Source: Wallemia ichthyophaga EXF-994 (taxonomy: Eukaryota; Fungi; Basidiomycota). Taken from it: a stretch of 62,000 bases of DNA. Position numbers and translations under genes: made by a program. The stretch's first letter is position 1, and each line of letters begins with the position of its first letter. Shown one piece after another: positions 37,957 through 49,265 of this stretch. Under the pieces are notes generated by a model. The model searched no databases and was not told where the DNA came from. It saw nothing but the letters and a program-made list of their open reading frames with translations. The stretch spans positions 249,656 to 311,655 of the forward strand of contig NW_008806275.1 in assembly GCF_000400465.1 (NCBI RefSeq), read 5' to 3'.

Positions 37957-39387
37957 TCAATCTGATTTTGCGTTGGGTTGGTTCCAGCTGAGCAGGCCAA
38001 GATCGCCCACTCGGCGTGGTCTAATGAGTTGCCTGAGGGTAAATACCATTCCTACAGCAACGCAGAAAGCTGCAATGGAAATATAAGCTATACCCAGAAA
38101 GTTATTTCTACCACCAGCCCATGTCACAGTAGTGAATACGATACTCTTCTTCCCACCAAATTGTTTCACGGGGTAATTCATATGTGCCGTCAATTCGTAA
38201 GTACCCGTTTCCATAACCTCGTCGTCATTCCTGAAGTACAGTTTCGCAAAGTCCGGGAAGGCAGCGGGACGCATCCACACCATGAAATGCTCATCTTGGG
38301 ACAAATGCGGCAGAGGGTGTTCGTTACTGTACACACCGCCCGGAAAGCGTTCTACCCAATTAGGTGGAGGCACATAAGGTTCGTTTCCTGGCGGAGCATT
38401 TTCTGGATATTCGTATTTCTTACCCTCGTGCGACCATGTAATACCTTTGTCAGTCATGTTGTAATTCCTATCCACATCCCCGCTAACGCCATTGAGCTGT
38501 CTGGGGAGTGTAAACGTGTCATTGAAGACGCTGTTCGCTATCAGCCCGCAAGGATAGATAGGCTTGTTATCTGCGGTCCGTCCGAGCGGCTTGCAGTCCC
38601 CGTCGTGCAGCTCCTTCGCGGTGCGGTACTGACCCTGGAACTGCTTCTGATCGAACGACTTGACATACCGCCGGTGATTCTGGTAGTATCTGTTCAGCTT
38701 GTAGTACATGAACACCCCTGGCTGCATATCGCCCGGCACGTCGTATCTGATTGTGCATCCGCGCCGCTCGAGTGGGTTCTCGGCGCTGTCATTCGCACTG
38801 TACTGCCAGCGCGGCGGCGCGGCCCCTTCAAATGTAGGATAGGAGTATGCCGTCGCTGGCATGTCCCCGAATGTACCATCGCGTGGTGCGAGTGTGTCGC
38901 AATCGGTGTACGTCAGCGTGAACTCGTGTACCTGTGCAACGTCAATAAAGATTCAACTTAGTCCGCACACTCTACCCACTCTATTCGAGTACGACAGCAG
39001 GACTGCACCGATAGGCGCAAAGATAAGGCCGATCAGGAAGAGCGTCGGCAGGACCTGCTTCGGTGTAAGGATGGGCTGCCATGCACGCAGCCGCTGCTGT
39101 TTGAATGCTGTGTCTGCAACGTGCGTCAGCGCTGGCCTTGGTCTTCGTTATGGGCTAGTAAGCCTTGACATACTCCCGGGCATACGCATCTTCTTCTTCT
39201 TGGGTTCTCCTCCTCCCGTTTCTTTGTTAGCTCCTCTTTCTCCATCATCTTCACCCTGCCTCTCGCCCGCTCCGCCGCGGTCGCCCTCGTCGGTCCCGCT
39301 TACTGCGTCCAACTCGTGCTCATTCTCATTCTCATTAGAATCGGTGTGCTTGTGTGCATTACGTGAGTGTCTGCGATGTAAAGTCAT
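37957..39387 (-). CDS. CDC50: CDC50/LEM3 P4-ATPase (flippase) beta subunit
   Basis: [77 protein letters not shown]. Confidence 0.92.
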
Positions 39388-39704
39388 GCTTGTATCCTTT
39401 GCGCTCGCTATTTCCCGCCCCTCGCTTGCTGATCGCCGTTATCGCGAGAGCTGTAATGCACACTGCTGCGAAACCAGCTTACGTCAGCAAGTGGGATTTA
39501 AAATGAGCATATGGGTATGTGAGCTCAGAATTATTTAATGCACCACACATTTACAAACAAACACCTCTCCTTACCCCTTCCCACATGAATTGCTCCAGTG
39601 GATTGTTGGATATGAGTTTAGCAAATGGTATACAAAATGCCAAAACTGTTAAAAATATGCAGATAAAGTTAAAAGTCAGAAACTGACTGTACGAGTGCAA
39701 AAAA

Positions 39705-39785
39705 TGCGAGGTATGGGAATCGAACCCATAGCCTCTCGCTACCACTCATGGAAGGCGAGAATCATAACCATTAGACCAACCACGC
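39705..39785 (-). tRNA. tRNA-Gly(TCC) with an ~8-nt intron
   Basis: GCGTGGT/ACCTCGC acceptor stem, CTCGC/GCGAG anticodon stem around CTTCCA[TGAGTGGT]A, ATGGG-TTCGATT-CCCAT T arm, T6 pol III terminator directly after. Confidence 0.85.
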
Positions 39786-40849
39786 TTGATGGGGATTAAT
39801 AGTTTTATAATTTATATAAATGTCAAAACAAAATATTTTCAACTACCCTTACCATGTTTGGAGAAGCTTTCTTATAATTTTGGCTGTTTTCGTCTGTGTA
39901 CTTTATCCGTGATTTCGATATTATCTTCTCATCTGATACCAAAAGAATTAGGGAGGATAAATATACACCAAGACTTAGATATACCTGCAATACTTAAAGC
40001 AAACCCTTATAAGTTAGCCGCTACGTCACAGCACAATTTCTGGGGAATGCAAGCATTGAGTATGAATAGGGGTAGACTTTTGGTATTAAATGAGTGTGAA
40101 ATTATTAAAAAGGGTTCCCGTTTAGTATTAGCGCTTTATCGTGCTGTTGATGGCCCATTGTCTAGTCAACTTTGGCTTGTTGTTCGACTTCTACTTTTGG
40201 TTGTCCATTGCCCCACCCCCTCCAACTTGTGTCTTGCGAGGTTTGGTATTACTCTAGGGACCTATAGGATAAGAGAAGTAGTTTTCAAACCACAGAGGGT
40301 GTAAGAGATAGCTACTTAGGAAGTAGACCTTCATCACTAGTCCCAATTCTTTGAAATGAACTAGCAAAATTATCGTGTTGACAGCCAATGAAGCAACCAA
40401 CAAGATAAAGCCAAGAAGATTCATTCTGGTAGCGCTGTTGGCAGTTGACCTAAAAGAAGGAAAGGGCAGGGAGATGGTAAAGGATAAGGTACAATGTTAG
40501 AGAAGGTGTTTTGGTTATGGCTACAGCTTCACATTAAAATCACAGGAATGTAAGAGATCATAATAAAGTTGTACATATTACTCTGTGTCAATTTAGTTAG
40601 ATATTCAACTTGATATTGCTCTAGTTACATCTATTAGGAGCATATAAAACCATATGAGCGAGCTATGATGATGAAATTTGCACTCTATTCATACCCTACA
40701 TGTTGACCTCACTCTCGCAATCATATTGCTCAATAACTGGTACTCTGGTCGATAATGCGTGCATCTTCGTTGTAATAGCTTATTTTGAATGCTTCAAAAA
40801 ATAACCATTACGATAGTGCTATTTATAGCTTCAATATTGCAACAAAAGT

Positions 40850-41660
40850 GCAAAGCGCTTTGGTATCGCTCAGTGTTTCTGACAAACTGGTAGCGCAGCC
40901 ATACAACCCGTTTTAAAATGAAGAAATACAGCCTTGAGCTATATTGACCTATAAGAAAAGTCCTTCCTCCAATATACGACTTGTCGAAATTCACTGATCA
41001 GAACTAGACACTCGATTTCACAGTTAGGCTGATACCAACTTTTCTTTGGGTAATTCGCTTATTATAAACTTGAAGTGAGGCAGATTGATGTTTTCCTTTT
41101 ACTCCAGCCAGATTGATTCTTGTGGAAGCCGCCTAAGTCTAAGCAGCTGATGACGCAACACACGTTTGAAGACTTAGTACTTATGCTATTAGGGTAATTG
41201 CAGAATTCGTATTTTTTTTTATGCGTATGCGCCTAGTGGAGTCCGCGAGTGCCTCCGTCGGAGCACATATGAGGGAGTTGAGATGACACTGTGGCCAAAG
41301 AATGGAATGCTCAATGACGATTTCGTCATAACACCGTAAAGATTGTAACATAAAGATTGTAACCCTGGGCAATGCTGACATCATTCTATCTAAGGTGCGC
41401 GTGGGAGCGCTTGATATCCTCCGCATTTACCTTATTGTGCGCTACAGAGCGATATCGAATTGCATCTTCCGAGCGGTGCGCTGGGCGCGATGGGAGCCGT
41501 AGGGATATAGTATTGCGACATGGCTTAGATCCTTCACATAGCTATCCATAAAACCTTGGAGCAATTTCAAAGCTGTGGATATTGGGTGGGTGGAGGACAT
41601 AGTAGAAGACTAGAGATGCTGCAGATGCTGCGAAAATCACGGGTGTATATTGCCCATATA
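40850..41660. repeat. Degenerate repeat family copy A (inverted relative to B, C, D)
   Basis: Reverse complement of 41400-41560 aligns with 48390-48520 and 59830-59960; 40950-41050 aligns with 60150-60250; ends approximate. Confidence 0.75.
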
Positions 41661-42086
41661 AATAATCGTTGTTGCCCCTTGTGACCATTTGCAGGGTAGG
41701 TTTAGCAAAATAAATTCGATGGAGTTACTGTCGCTTATGAGCGCCTCCCAGCGTATCATCTGAACATTCAAACGCATCCGCTAACTCCCACTCGCCTGAG
41801 GTCATCATTGGTGTAGAGCCGAGTCACAAATTGAGTGATTTCTATATTCAACAGGGGAGTAAATATTAAGAGACAAACATAATAAATCTATAAACGCATC
41901 AGACCTGTCCATTAGTCCTCTTCATCCATCTATCGCACGTAATTTTCAGGCCGAGCGGAGAGAAGACAAGGACCGAGAAACGCAAGAAACGGGTATGAAT
42001 AGGGTAAAATGACATCAGATGGTTTCAAGATATGCGAGAAATTTCTATTCCAAATTTAAAGCATTTACCGCGCAAATTATGTCCGT

Positions 42087-42335
42087 CTAGATGTCTTTGG
42101 ATTTGTTTGGCGTCTGACTTTGTTGCGTATCTACGCTATACGAGTGAATTTTGACGCGTTCAGGATTTATGAAAATGTACCAAAAACACATGGGCCAAGT
42201 GATAAAACTGCCGACGATGAGGAGCTTAATAGAGTATTCCAGATGTGATGCGCAATTTATCAGTACTATCATGCTAAAAAGTAAAGAAAAGACTGCTATA
42301 ATTGTAAAACATACTACGTGCTCAAATCGGTCCAT
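42087..42335 (-). CDS. Small two-TM hypothetical protein (inverted-repeat copy 1)
   Basis: 82-aa ATG ORF with two hydrophobic segments; no family recognised. Confidence 0.45.
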   Translation of the reverse strand: MDRFEHVVCFTIIAVFSLLFSMIVLINCASHLEYSIKLLIVGSFITWPMCFWYIFINPERVKIHSYSVDTQQSQTPNKSKDI

Positions 42336-42723
42336 AGTTGTAGAACTGCGTTGATGGCGGCTGTGAGGATTGGAGATGAGCTGGAGATAAATAGGAAGAA
42401 TGAAATATTTCAGTTACGGTGATATACTTGGGATCTGCTGCCACATTACCATTGATATAGGCTTCGAGCACTAACGCGATGGCTAATTGGAAATACAAAG
42501 CCACAGCGAGTTTAATAGCACCTCAGCAACCCCATGCTATATTATATAATGCAATGAATGTGCTAATGAATGTGTCTGATAGTACAGATTGCTGTTTTGT
42601 TCTATAAATCTACAAATCTACAGCGGTACTCAATACCAAGTCACACCAGGTGATATAATCGTGAAAGTGCTCCAGGCAGTGCAGATATCAGGCTAGCTGA
42701 TATCTACTTGGACTAGGGAAACC

Positions 42724-43133
42724 TTAGTTGTACCAGTAGGTGATTGGAAGGGTGCCTTGAGCAGCGTTACCAAGCTGGTTGAAGACAGATGGAGAGAGGT
42801 CCAAGCCGCCTGAACCACAGCCTGGGCAAGTGTCCTGTACGGTTGCGGTGGCAGTTTGGCCATTGTTCAAGTTCTGGATGGTGACTTGCTGGCCACAAAG
42901 ACCTTGGTTCATGTCTGCTTGGGAGACAGCGACAATTGAGTCGCTGTCGTTGAGGTAGCTCCCACAGCTTCCACGGTTGCCGGTTGCACTGCATTTTTGT
43001 CAGTTGTAAGCACAAACATAGTGCACCTCACTCACGTGTAGTAGAAGGTGGCAGTGCCGGATCTCTTGAGTGGAGCAGCAGTGACTGAGGCAGCAGCTGC
43101 GACGATTGTAGCGAGAGCGAGTGTGAATTGCAT
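42724..43133 (-). CDS. Secreted RlpA-like double-psi beta-barrel / expansin(loosenin)-like protein (copy 1)
   Basis: MQFTLALATIVAAAASVTAAPLKRSGTATFYYT, intron, GSCG...IVAVS...CGQQVTI...VQDTCPGCGSGGLDLSPSVFNQL. Confidence 0.9.
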
Positions 43134-43697
43134 CGTGTTCCTTTTTGTGTTTTTAAAGAGTGTCGAACCGGTCGATGTCTTGTCTTGAACTAAACTAAGT
43201 TGTTGAGGAAGCTAAAGAGTATATTAAACCTTTTATATGCTCTACATGAGACAGAAAGATTTGACCGCAGTTCAGCTCGTTCGAGACGCTGGCGTCATAC
43301 TATCAGTCTCAGGAACCACTTAAGCGAGGAGCCGGAGTGGCTGTTTCACAGAGAAAACCCGGGCCTGGAGTTGTAAGAAAGGGCGAGTGGCTGATAGTAT
43401 TGCTAAATCTAGCACTTGCTGCACAAATATGCCATCCTGTAGACGACAAATCGGAAAGTCTCGTAAGGGTATTTGTCGTAGACATGGTCTTAGACCAATG
43501 ACGTCAGCGCCATTATTGGGTTTTGATTCACCGTTAATAAGCTGTGCTGGGTGTACAGGAACTCATGTGTTTATCGTGTTCCAGAACTTTATCGCTGTCT
43601 CACAACCATCCTCCGAAAGAATCCGCGCTATCGCTGACAATATAACAAAATGCATAAATAAAATTACAAATACTTTTTAAGCCGCCCAAACATCACA

Positions 43698-45047
43698 TCA
43701 CATCCTCGCAGTCTGTTTGGCCATCTTCCTCAATTCGGCAGCTTCAGGTAGTACAGCTATGTTATCTACCAGCATATGACTGTGTTCAGGGTTAGAGTCA
43801 AGATTTCCGTAGTACTGCGCCATTTCGCCCTTTGGATGAAGGCGGCGTAGTTGATCTGTGCTGCAATATTGCCATGGCGGTTCATGTACGAGAATTTCTG
43901 TGAATGAATGTGTGAGTTTGAGCGCGATACTCTCTTCTTCTTTTGATGGGGTGTATGGTGTGGTTGATCTCAGTCTGTGTGCTTCGAGTGACTTTAGTTT
44001 CGCTAGGAGGAAGGCGTTACGTTTTAGCTTGGTTTGTGTCTCTAAGTGACTCTTGTTTAGGCTGTCGTAGGCTGCTGGGAGATCTTCAATACCCGTGTTA
44101 TCCACTTGTTCGTTTGTAATCTCTTTATTTTCCTGAATTGGTACGCGTTGTCCTTTGAAATGTATCATTGTTGGATCTTCAACACCCTTCATTTTGGACG
44201 TCGTAGCTATGTTCAGGGACGTAGAGTAAGGTATTGTAGCAAGTGTCGAGTCATGGCTTGGACCGAACGAATAGTTGGTGCCGTAGTACAGATGCGATAC
44301 GTCTTTGTTCCTGAACGTGCCATAAGTCAACGATTTAACGTTGGTGTGGGGACTGGGCAGCGATATGTCCTTGAGTTTAGGAGAGTCAATCACTTTTGGA
44401 GCACACTGGACAGGGACGCGGGCCAAGGATGCCTCACCGAGGGCAAGTTTCGACGCTACCTGCGGGTCTAATTCACTGGCCTGAGTGAAATAGTTGGCGT
44501 CGGGCCAAGATTGGTGCAATGCATATCGAGGTTTACTGTGTTCCAACTTGTCTAGTTCAGAGTGGACTGGAAGTTGTTAGGGGAGAAAAAATCGCAAGAG
44601 CAAGTCTCACCAGATGATGTTGGCAAGACTACGCTTTCTGCTGGTGGTAATTTGGCCTTCCTCTGTGCGACAATCGAGTTGATGACGGAAATGGCCAATT
44701 CACAATCACCATCGATTGTGCACCTGCGGAGAGCATCGTGCAGGGCGAACAACGAGCCCTGACTGTCATTCAAATACCCAGAAAGCGTAGACTGGCTTGT
44801 CTTCTTGGGTGAGTCTGCTTCGATAGGAATATCGAGGAGAAATGGATTAATCTTTTCCAGCAGCCTTCTAATGAGGGCGCCGTCGTCGCCAACGACAGTC
44901 GAAGCATCGTCATCGTGTACGCCGTCTGACTTGCGCTTCCTCGACGCGTCCAGCTGATCGCCCAATTTTACTGCAGAAAATCAGCAGCGAAGCGGGGGAA
45001 AGAGGGCACGCACGGCTCTCAGTATTAAGCTTTACTTTGAGCGACAT
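43698..45047 (-). CDS. Hypothetical nuclear protein; weak resemblance to BRD7/9-Rsc58-type segment
   Basis: ATG 45047 plus intron joins ORF 44552-44965 and ORF 43698-44546; RKRK NLS-like; LYYGTNYSFGPSHDST motif. Confidence 0.5.
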
Positions 45048-45105
45048 TTAAAATATTTTGATAAATAAACGAAATTCGTAGGTGACCGTCTCTTGGAAGG
45101 AGCTG

Positions 45106-46161
45106 ATGACGACGACAAGGGATCAAGGGGATGCAGATGAGGCGTATATAATACGGTCTGAGCAGAAGGATGCGTACCATTTGGCGCAGCTGGCGTCGCT
45201 CGCCGAGCCCGTGGCCAGGGGAGTGCTGGGTGAGCGAGGCGCTGACGATAGCGCGATAAACTAAGTTGAGAAAAAGGCTCGCGGTTTATGGATACGCGTG
45301 GTGGCTCAATCAGCGTCGCATTGCTGACTATATACACGGCAATCACGACTGGCTTTGGGAGAAGGACGCTTGGAGAGGAGTACACAAACGTACAGCAGTG
45401 GAAAGGGCACAAGATGTTGAGCTGGAAGATGCGGGCGCTTCTCGTGCTCTCTATCCCTGCGCCGCACATACTCAAGTATCTGATAGGCAGGAGTGGCGTA
45501 ATCAGTAGACTGAGCCCAACACTGCGGCGATTGCTTTCGATATTAAGCAGCAGCACCACCTGGGACATTGCACGCACGCTCAACCTCATTGCATTCTACT
45601 GCGGTAGCAAATACCACACCATCAAGCAGCGCATTTTTCAGATAAGATATATCGATACATCGCCAGCCACGCAGCAGCACACAGACAAGCCATTCGAGGT
45701 GCTGGGATACATGCTGTGCGTGCGCCTGGCACTGCAGCTGGGCGCGCTGGCAAAGCCATATCTGCCGCAGGTGCCGCTGGGTGCGGTGGAGGTGCCTGCG
45801 GTGGAGATGGACGGACGCAGAGTGAGTCTGATCGGAGAGAAAGAGGAACCTGTGGAAGACACGCGCGAGACTGCACAGCATAATTGCGCAGACGCCCACT
45901 CGTGCCTTGCTCCTCGGGATCGAGAAATGGCGGACGGGGCTGGACACAGAAAGTGCACGCTGTGTTTGGAAAACCGCACAGCGACGGCAGCAATGCTTTG
46001 CGGACATCTGTATTGCTGGAGCTGTGTGGATAGCTGGCTCAGAGAAAAGGTGGGCCAACTCCGAAGTCCGAAAACACCTACTAAATGCGTAACAGAACGA
46101 ATGCCCGCTGTGCAGACAGCACACGACACAGAAAGATGTAATACCAATCTACAACTTGTAA
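45106..46161 (+). CDS. PEX10: Peroxin Pex10 RING E3 ligase
   Basis: IIRSEQKD, RTLGEEY, C-terminal RING CTLCLE...CGHLYCWSC...ECPLCRQ (spliced). Confidence 0.9.
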
Positions 46162-46404
46162 AAAATTTATTAATAAACCAACTATGACTCGTATCGATGC
46201 CGATCAGGCTGGAGTGCAGGGATATCGAGGGGAGTGAGAGGGGGCGTTAGCGCAAATAAGGCTGCAGATAAGCGTGCGAGTCGCGCGGAATACTCTTATC
46301 TTTGTACATTTTTTAGATAAGAATTTTACCGATTCCGTCAACGCGCTTGACGAATAAAATCTCTATCTCCAACAACCACCGACAAAGAAACATAAATACA
46401 AATC

Positions 46405-47676
46405 ATGGCTAAACTACCACCATCCAGACCAGATCTGCTTGCTCATTACATGTCCCTTGACCAGGGCGACAGCATCCAAGCTGAGTGTAGGTGGCAGTGC
46501 ACAGTGCACACGCTTCACCGTGGCTGACAGCGCAATCCAGATATCTGGATCGATGGCGACGGCGAGCTCCGTAGCAAAACCACGGTACGCATCTTGCTAG
46601 CCATGTCCGTCCGCCCCTTACCATGTATCCACAGACTGTAAACCACAAGGTCGAATCGATACAAGAGCTCAAGGAATGGAACTTTGACGGATCCAGTACA
46701 AATCAGTCGGTTTCTGATTCAGTCGCTCGGCCACTACTCACTCCCCTTTAGAGCCCCTGGACACGACAGCGACATCTACCTCCGCCCAGCCGCTTTCTTC
46801 AGGGATCCTTTCCGCAAGGGCAACAACATCCTTGTTATCGCTGAGTGCTACAACAGCGACGGTACCCCTAACAAGACCAACTACCGTCATTACGCCAAGA
46901 AAGCCATGGACCTTGCCAAGGACGAGGATCCTTGGTTCGGTATCGAACAAGAGTACACTCTTTTTGACGCTGATGGCTCCCCTTACGGCTGGCCTAAAGG
47001 CGGTTTCCCTGCCCCACAAGGTCCTTACTACTGTGGTGTCGGTGCCGGCAAGGTCTTTGCCCGTGACTTGATCGAGTCCCACTACCGTGCATGTCTCTAC
47101 GCTGGTGTAAATATCTCCGGAATCAACGCTGAGGTTATGCCTTCTCAATGGGAGTACCAGGTTGGTCCTTGCGCCGGTATCGACATGGGTGATCACCTCA
47201 CCCTTGCCCGTTTCCTTCTTGCAAGGATCGCTGAGGACTTTGGTATCGTCGTCAGTCTCCATCCTAAGCCATTCGCTACTGGTGAGTGGAACGGCGCTGG
47301 TGCCCACACCAACTTGAGTACTACCTCTACCCGTACCCCTGGCAAGGGTATGAAGGCCATTGAGGATATGATCATGAAGCTCGAGAAGAAACATGCCGAG
47401 CACATTGCTGCTTACGGTGATGACAATGAATTACGTCTTACCGGAAAGCACGAAACCGGAAATATCGCAGACTTCTCTTCTGGCGTTGCCAACAGAGGCT
47501 GCTCGATTAGAGTACCACGTCATGTTGCTGAGCAAGGTGAGTTTTCTTATTCCTAAATCAAAGTTCACTAACACCCTTCTTCAGGCTACGGTTACTTTGA
47601 AGATCGTCGTCCAGCTTCCAACATCGATCCATACCGTGTCACAGGTCTCTGTGTCAACACTATGCTCTTGGATTAG
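46405..47676 (+). CDS. GLN1: Glutamine synthetase (GSII)
   Basis: [66 protein letters not shown]. Confidence 0.98.
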
Positions 47677-48009
47677 ATTCGCTCATCGAGCATGTATTGG
47701 GTTTTTATCCTCTAGCAAATCTCATTCATCTGCCATTTAATACGGCTGATTCTCACTTTCCTTGTCTTTTTTCTCTAAACACTTTGTCGATATAAGAATA
47801 ACACACAAGAATTTGAATAAATAACGATCTGTATATTGATTGCAATTGCGTGTCTTAATTGGTGTACTTCTTTGTGCATGGCTGATTGACTCAGACTGCG
47901 CTGGTCTTCTCTGTCTCTGCTCGGGCATAAGACTACCGGAAATGGATACATGAAGAAGATTGAGCTACAGATATGATGCCTTTTTAAACCTTTAATAGTT
48001 CCTGACATA

Positions 48010-48870
48010 TCTCCCTCTGTTGAACACTGCTATCAACTGATCTTCGAGTCGGCTTTACGTCATTGGTGACTTCAAGAAGAGCTCACTTGATAGGATGGGT
48101 TTGAAGACTCATATTAAAATTTAGGCACGGCTTATAAGCCACAGTGACTCGATAGATTTGTTTCAATAAACTCACCCTGCAAACGGCCAAAGGGGGGCAG
48201 CAGTGATGGGTTAAACAAGCAATAAACACAAATTAAAGATACTATTATTCGAATGGTATCTTCAGCATCAAAAATCTACTTTTATATCCTCCACCAATAC
48301 AATAACCATCGACTTGAACTTTCACCCTGGCAGCTATCTCAGCGACTGGCTGATTTACGACTTTTAATGATCTCCAAATAAAAAAGATTCATGGATTGCT
48401 ACATTAAGGATCTAAGTCAAGTTGCAATATTATATTTCTGCGGCTCCAATCGCGCCAAACACGCCCCTAGGAAGATGCAGTTCGACATCGCTCTGTAGCA
48501 CGCAATAGAGTAGATAGGGAGGATTTAACGCGTTATACGAACGCGTTACATGTTTTTGGTTTGATTCAGACCAAAATATACCCAAGTCTTACAACTTGTT
48601 CGCCGCTATAACCGCGAAATAACTATTACGTCGCTTGGCGTCCACAGCTCTAAAGACTGGCTCCAGGAAGTAATTAAGATCACTTTCATCCATCAAGCAC
48701 CTAGTAAAAATGCTTTATGCATAGAAAGGCGGTGGTCAGGCTCGACCAGGTTCATTTCGAGATTTAAATAATGGGCGTGGAAGGATGTTCAAGGCTGCTT
48801 TGGAATCGCAGAAGTCATGATAGTAGGAAGGCGTATCCATATATAACAAATTACTCTCCCGGTAATACGC
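48010..48870. repeat. Degenerate repeat family copy B
   Basis: Blocks shared with 56420-57300 (tgaacactgctatcaactgatct; ggcagc..tcagcgactggct; cacagctctaaa; gctgctttggaatcgcagaagtca) and 59710-60300. Confidence 0.85.
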
Positions 48871-49265
48871 CAAATCTAGCTAACGGGTACAGAGAGCTGC
48901 AAGTGCTATTTCAAAAGAAGGGCGACCAAGAATATCTCGAGGAGGTGTTTAAGTGCCTTCTAAGTCTCTCAAGCACGAGCTGGGAGGAGGACAATCACAC
49001 GCCAATCAGGAACGTAAGATTCACAGATGCTCATCGCAGAGCTCAAAAGTTGGAGAGTTTGTTTGAAATGTAATAAGAGCCCTGAGTTTATGCATTTCGC
49101 TCTATCCATGTCGATGTCCAGTTCACTGCGTGCTGCTTACCTTCTGAAACCACTAAAGAAGAAGCAATAGCATCCTTGTTTATACTGTACATTTATCAAA
49201 TACATTCTCAGCTCACACCACTCCATCTCATTCATCAACATCTTCATCAGTTACCCCCAGCATAG

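Larger units (their letters stand above)
41661..43551. repeat. Left arm of 1,891-bp inverted repeat
   Basis: Reverse complement of 57771-59661; both ends satisfy left+right = 101322; identical ORF translations in both arms. Confidence 0.97.

Noticed and set aside
43387-43680. Cys-rich ORF MADSIAKSSTCCTN... at the inner ends of the inverted repeat (also 57744-57935)
   Set aside because: Non-ATG starts and different C-termini in the two copies; no recognisable domain; probably spurious.
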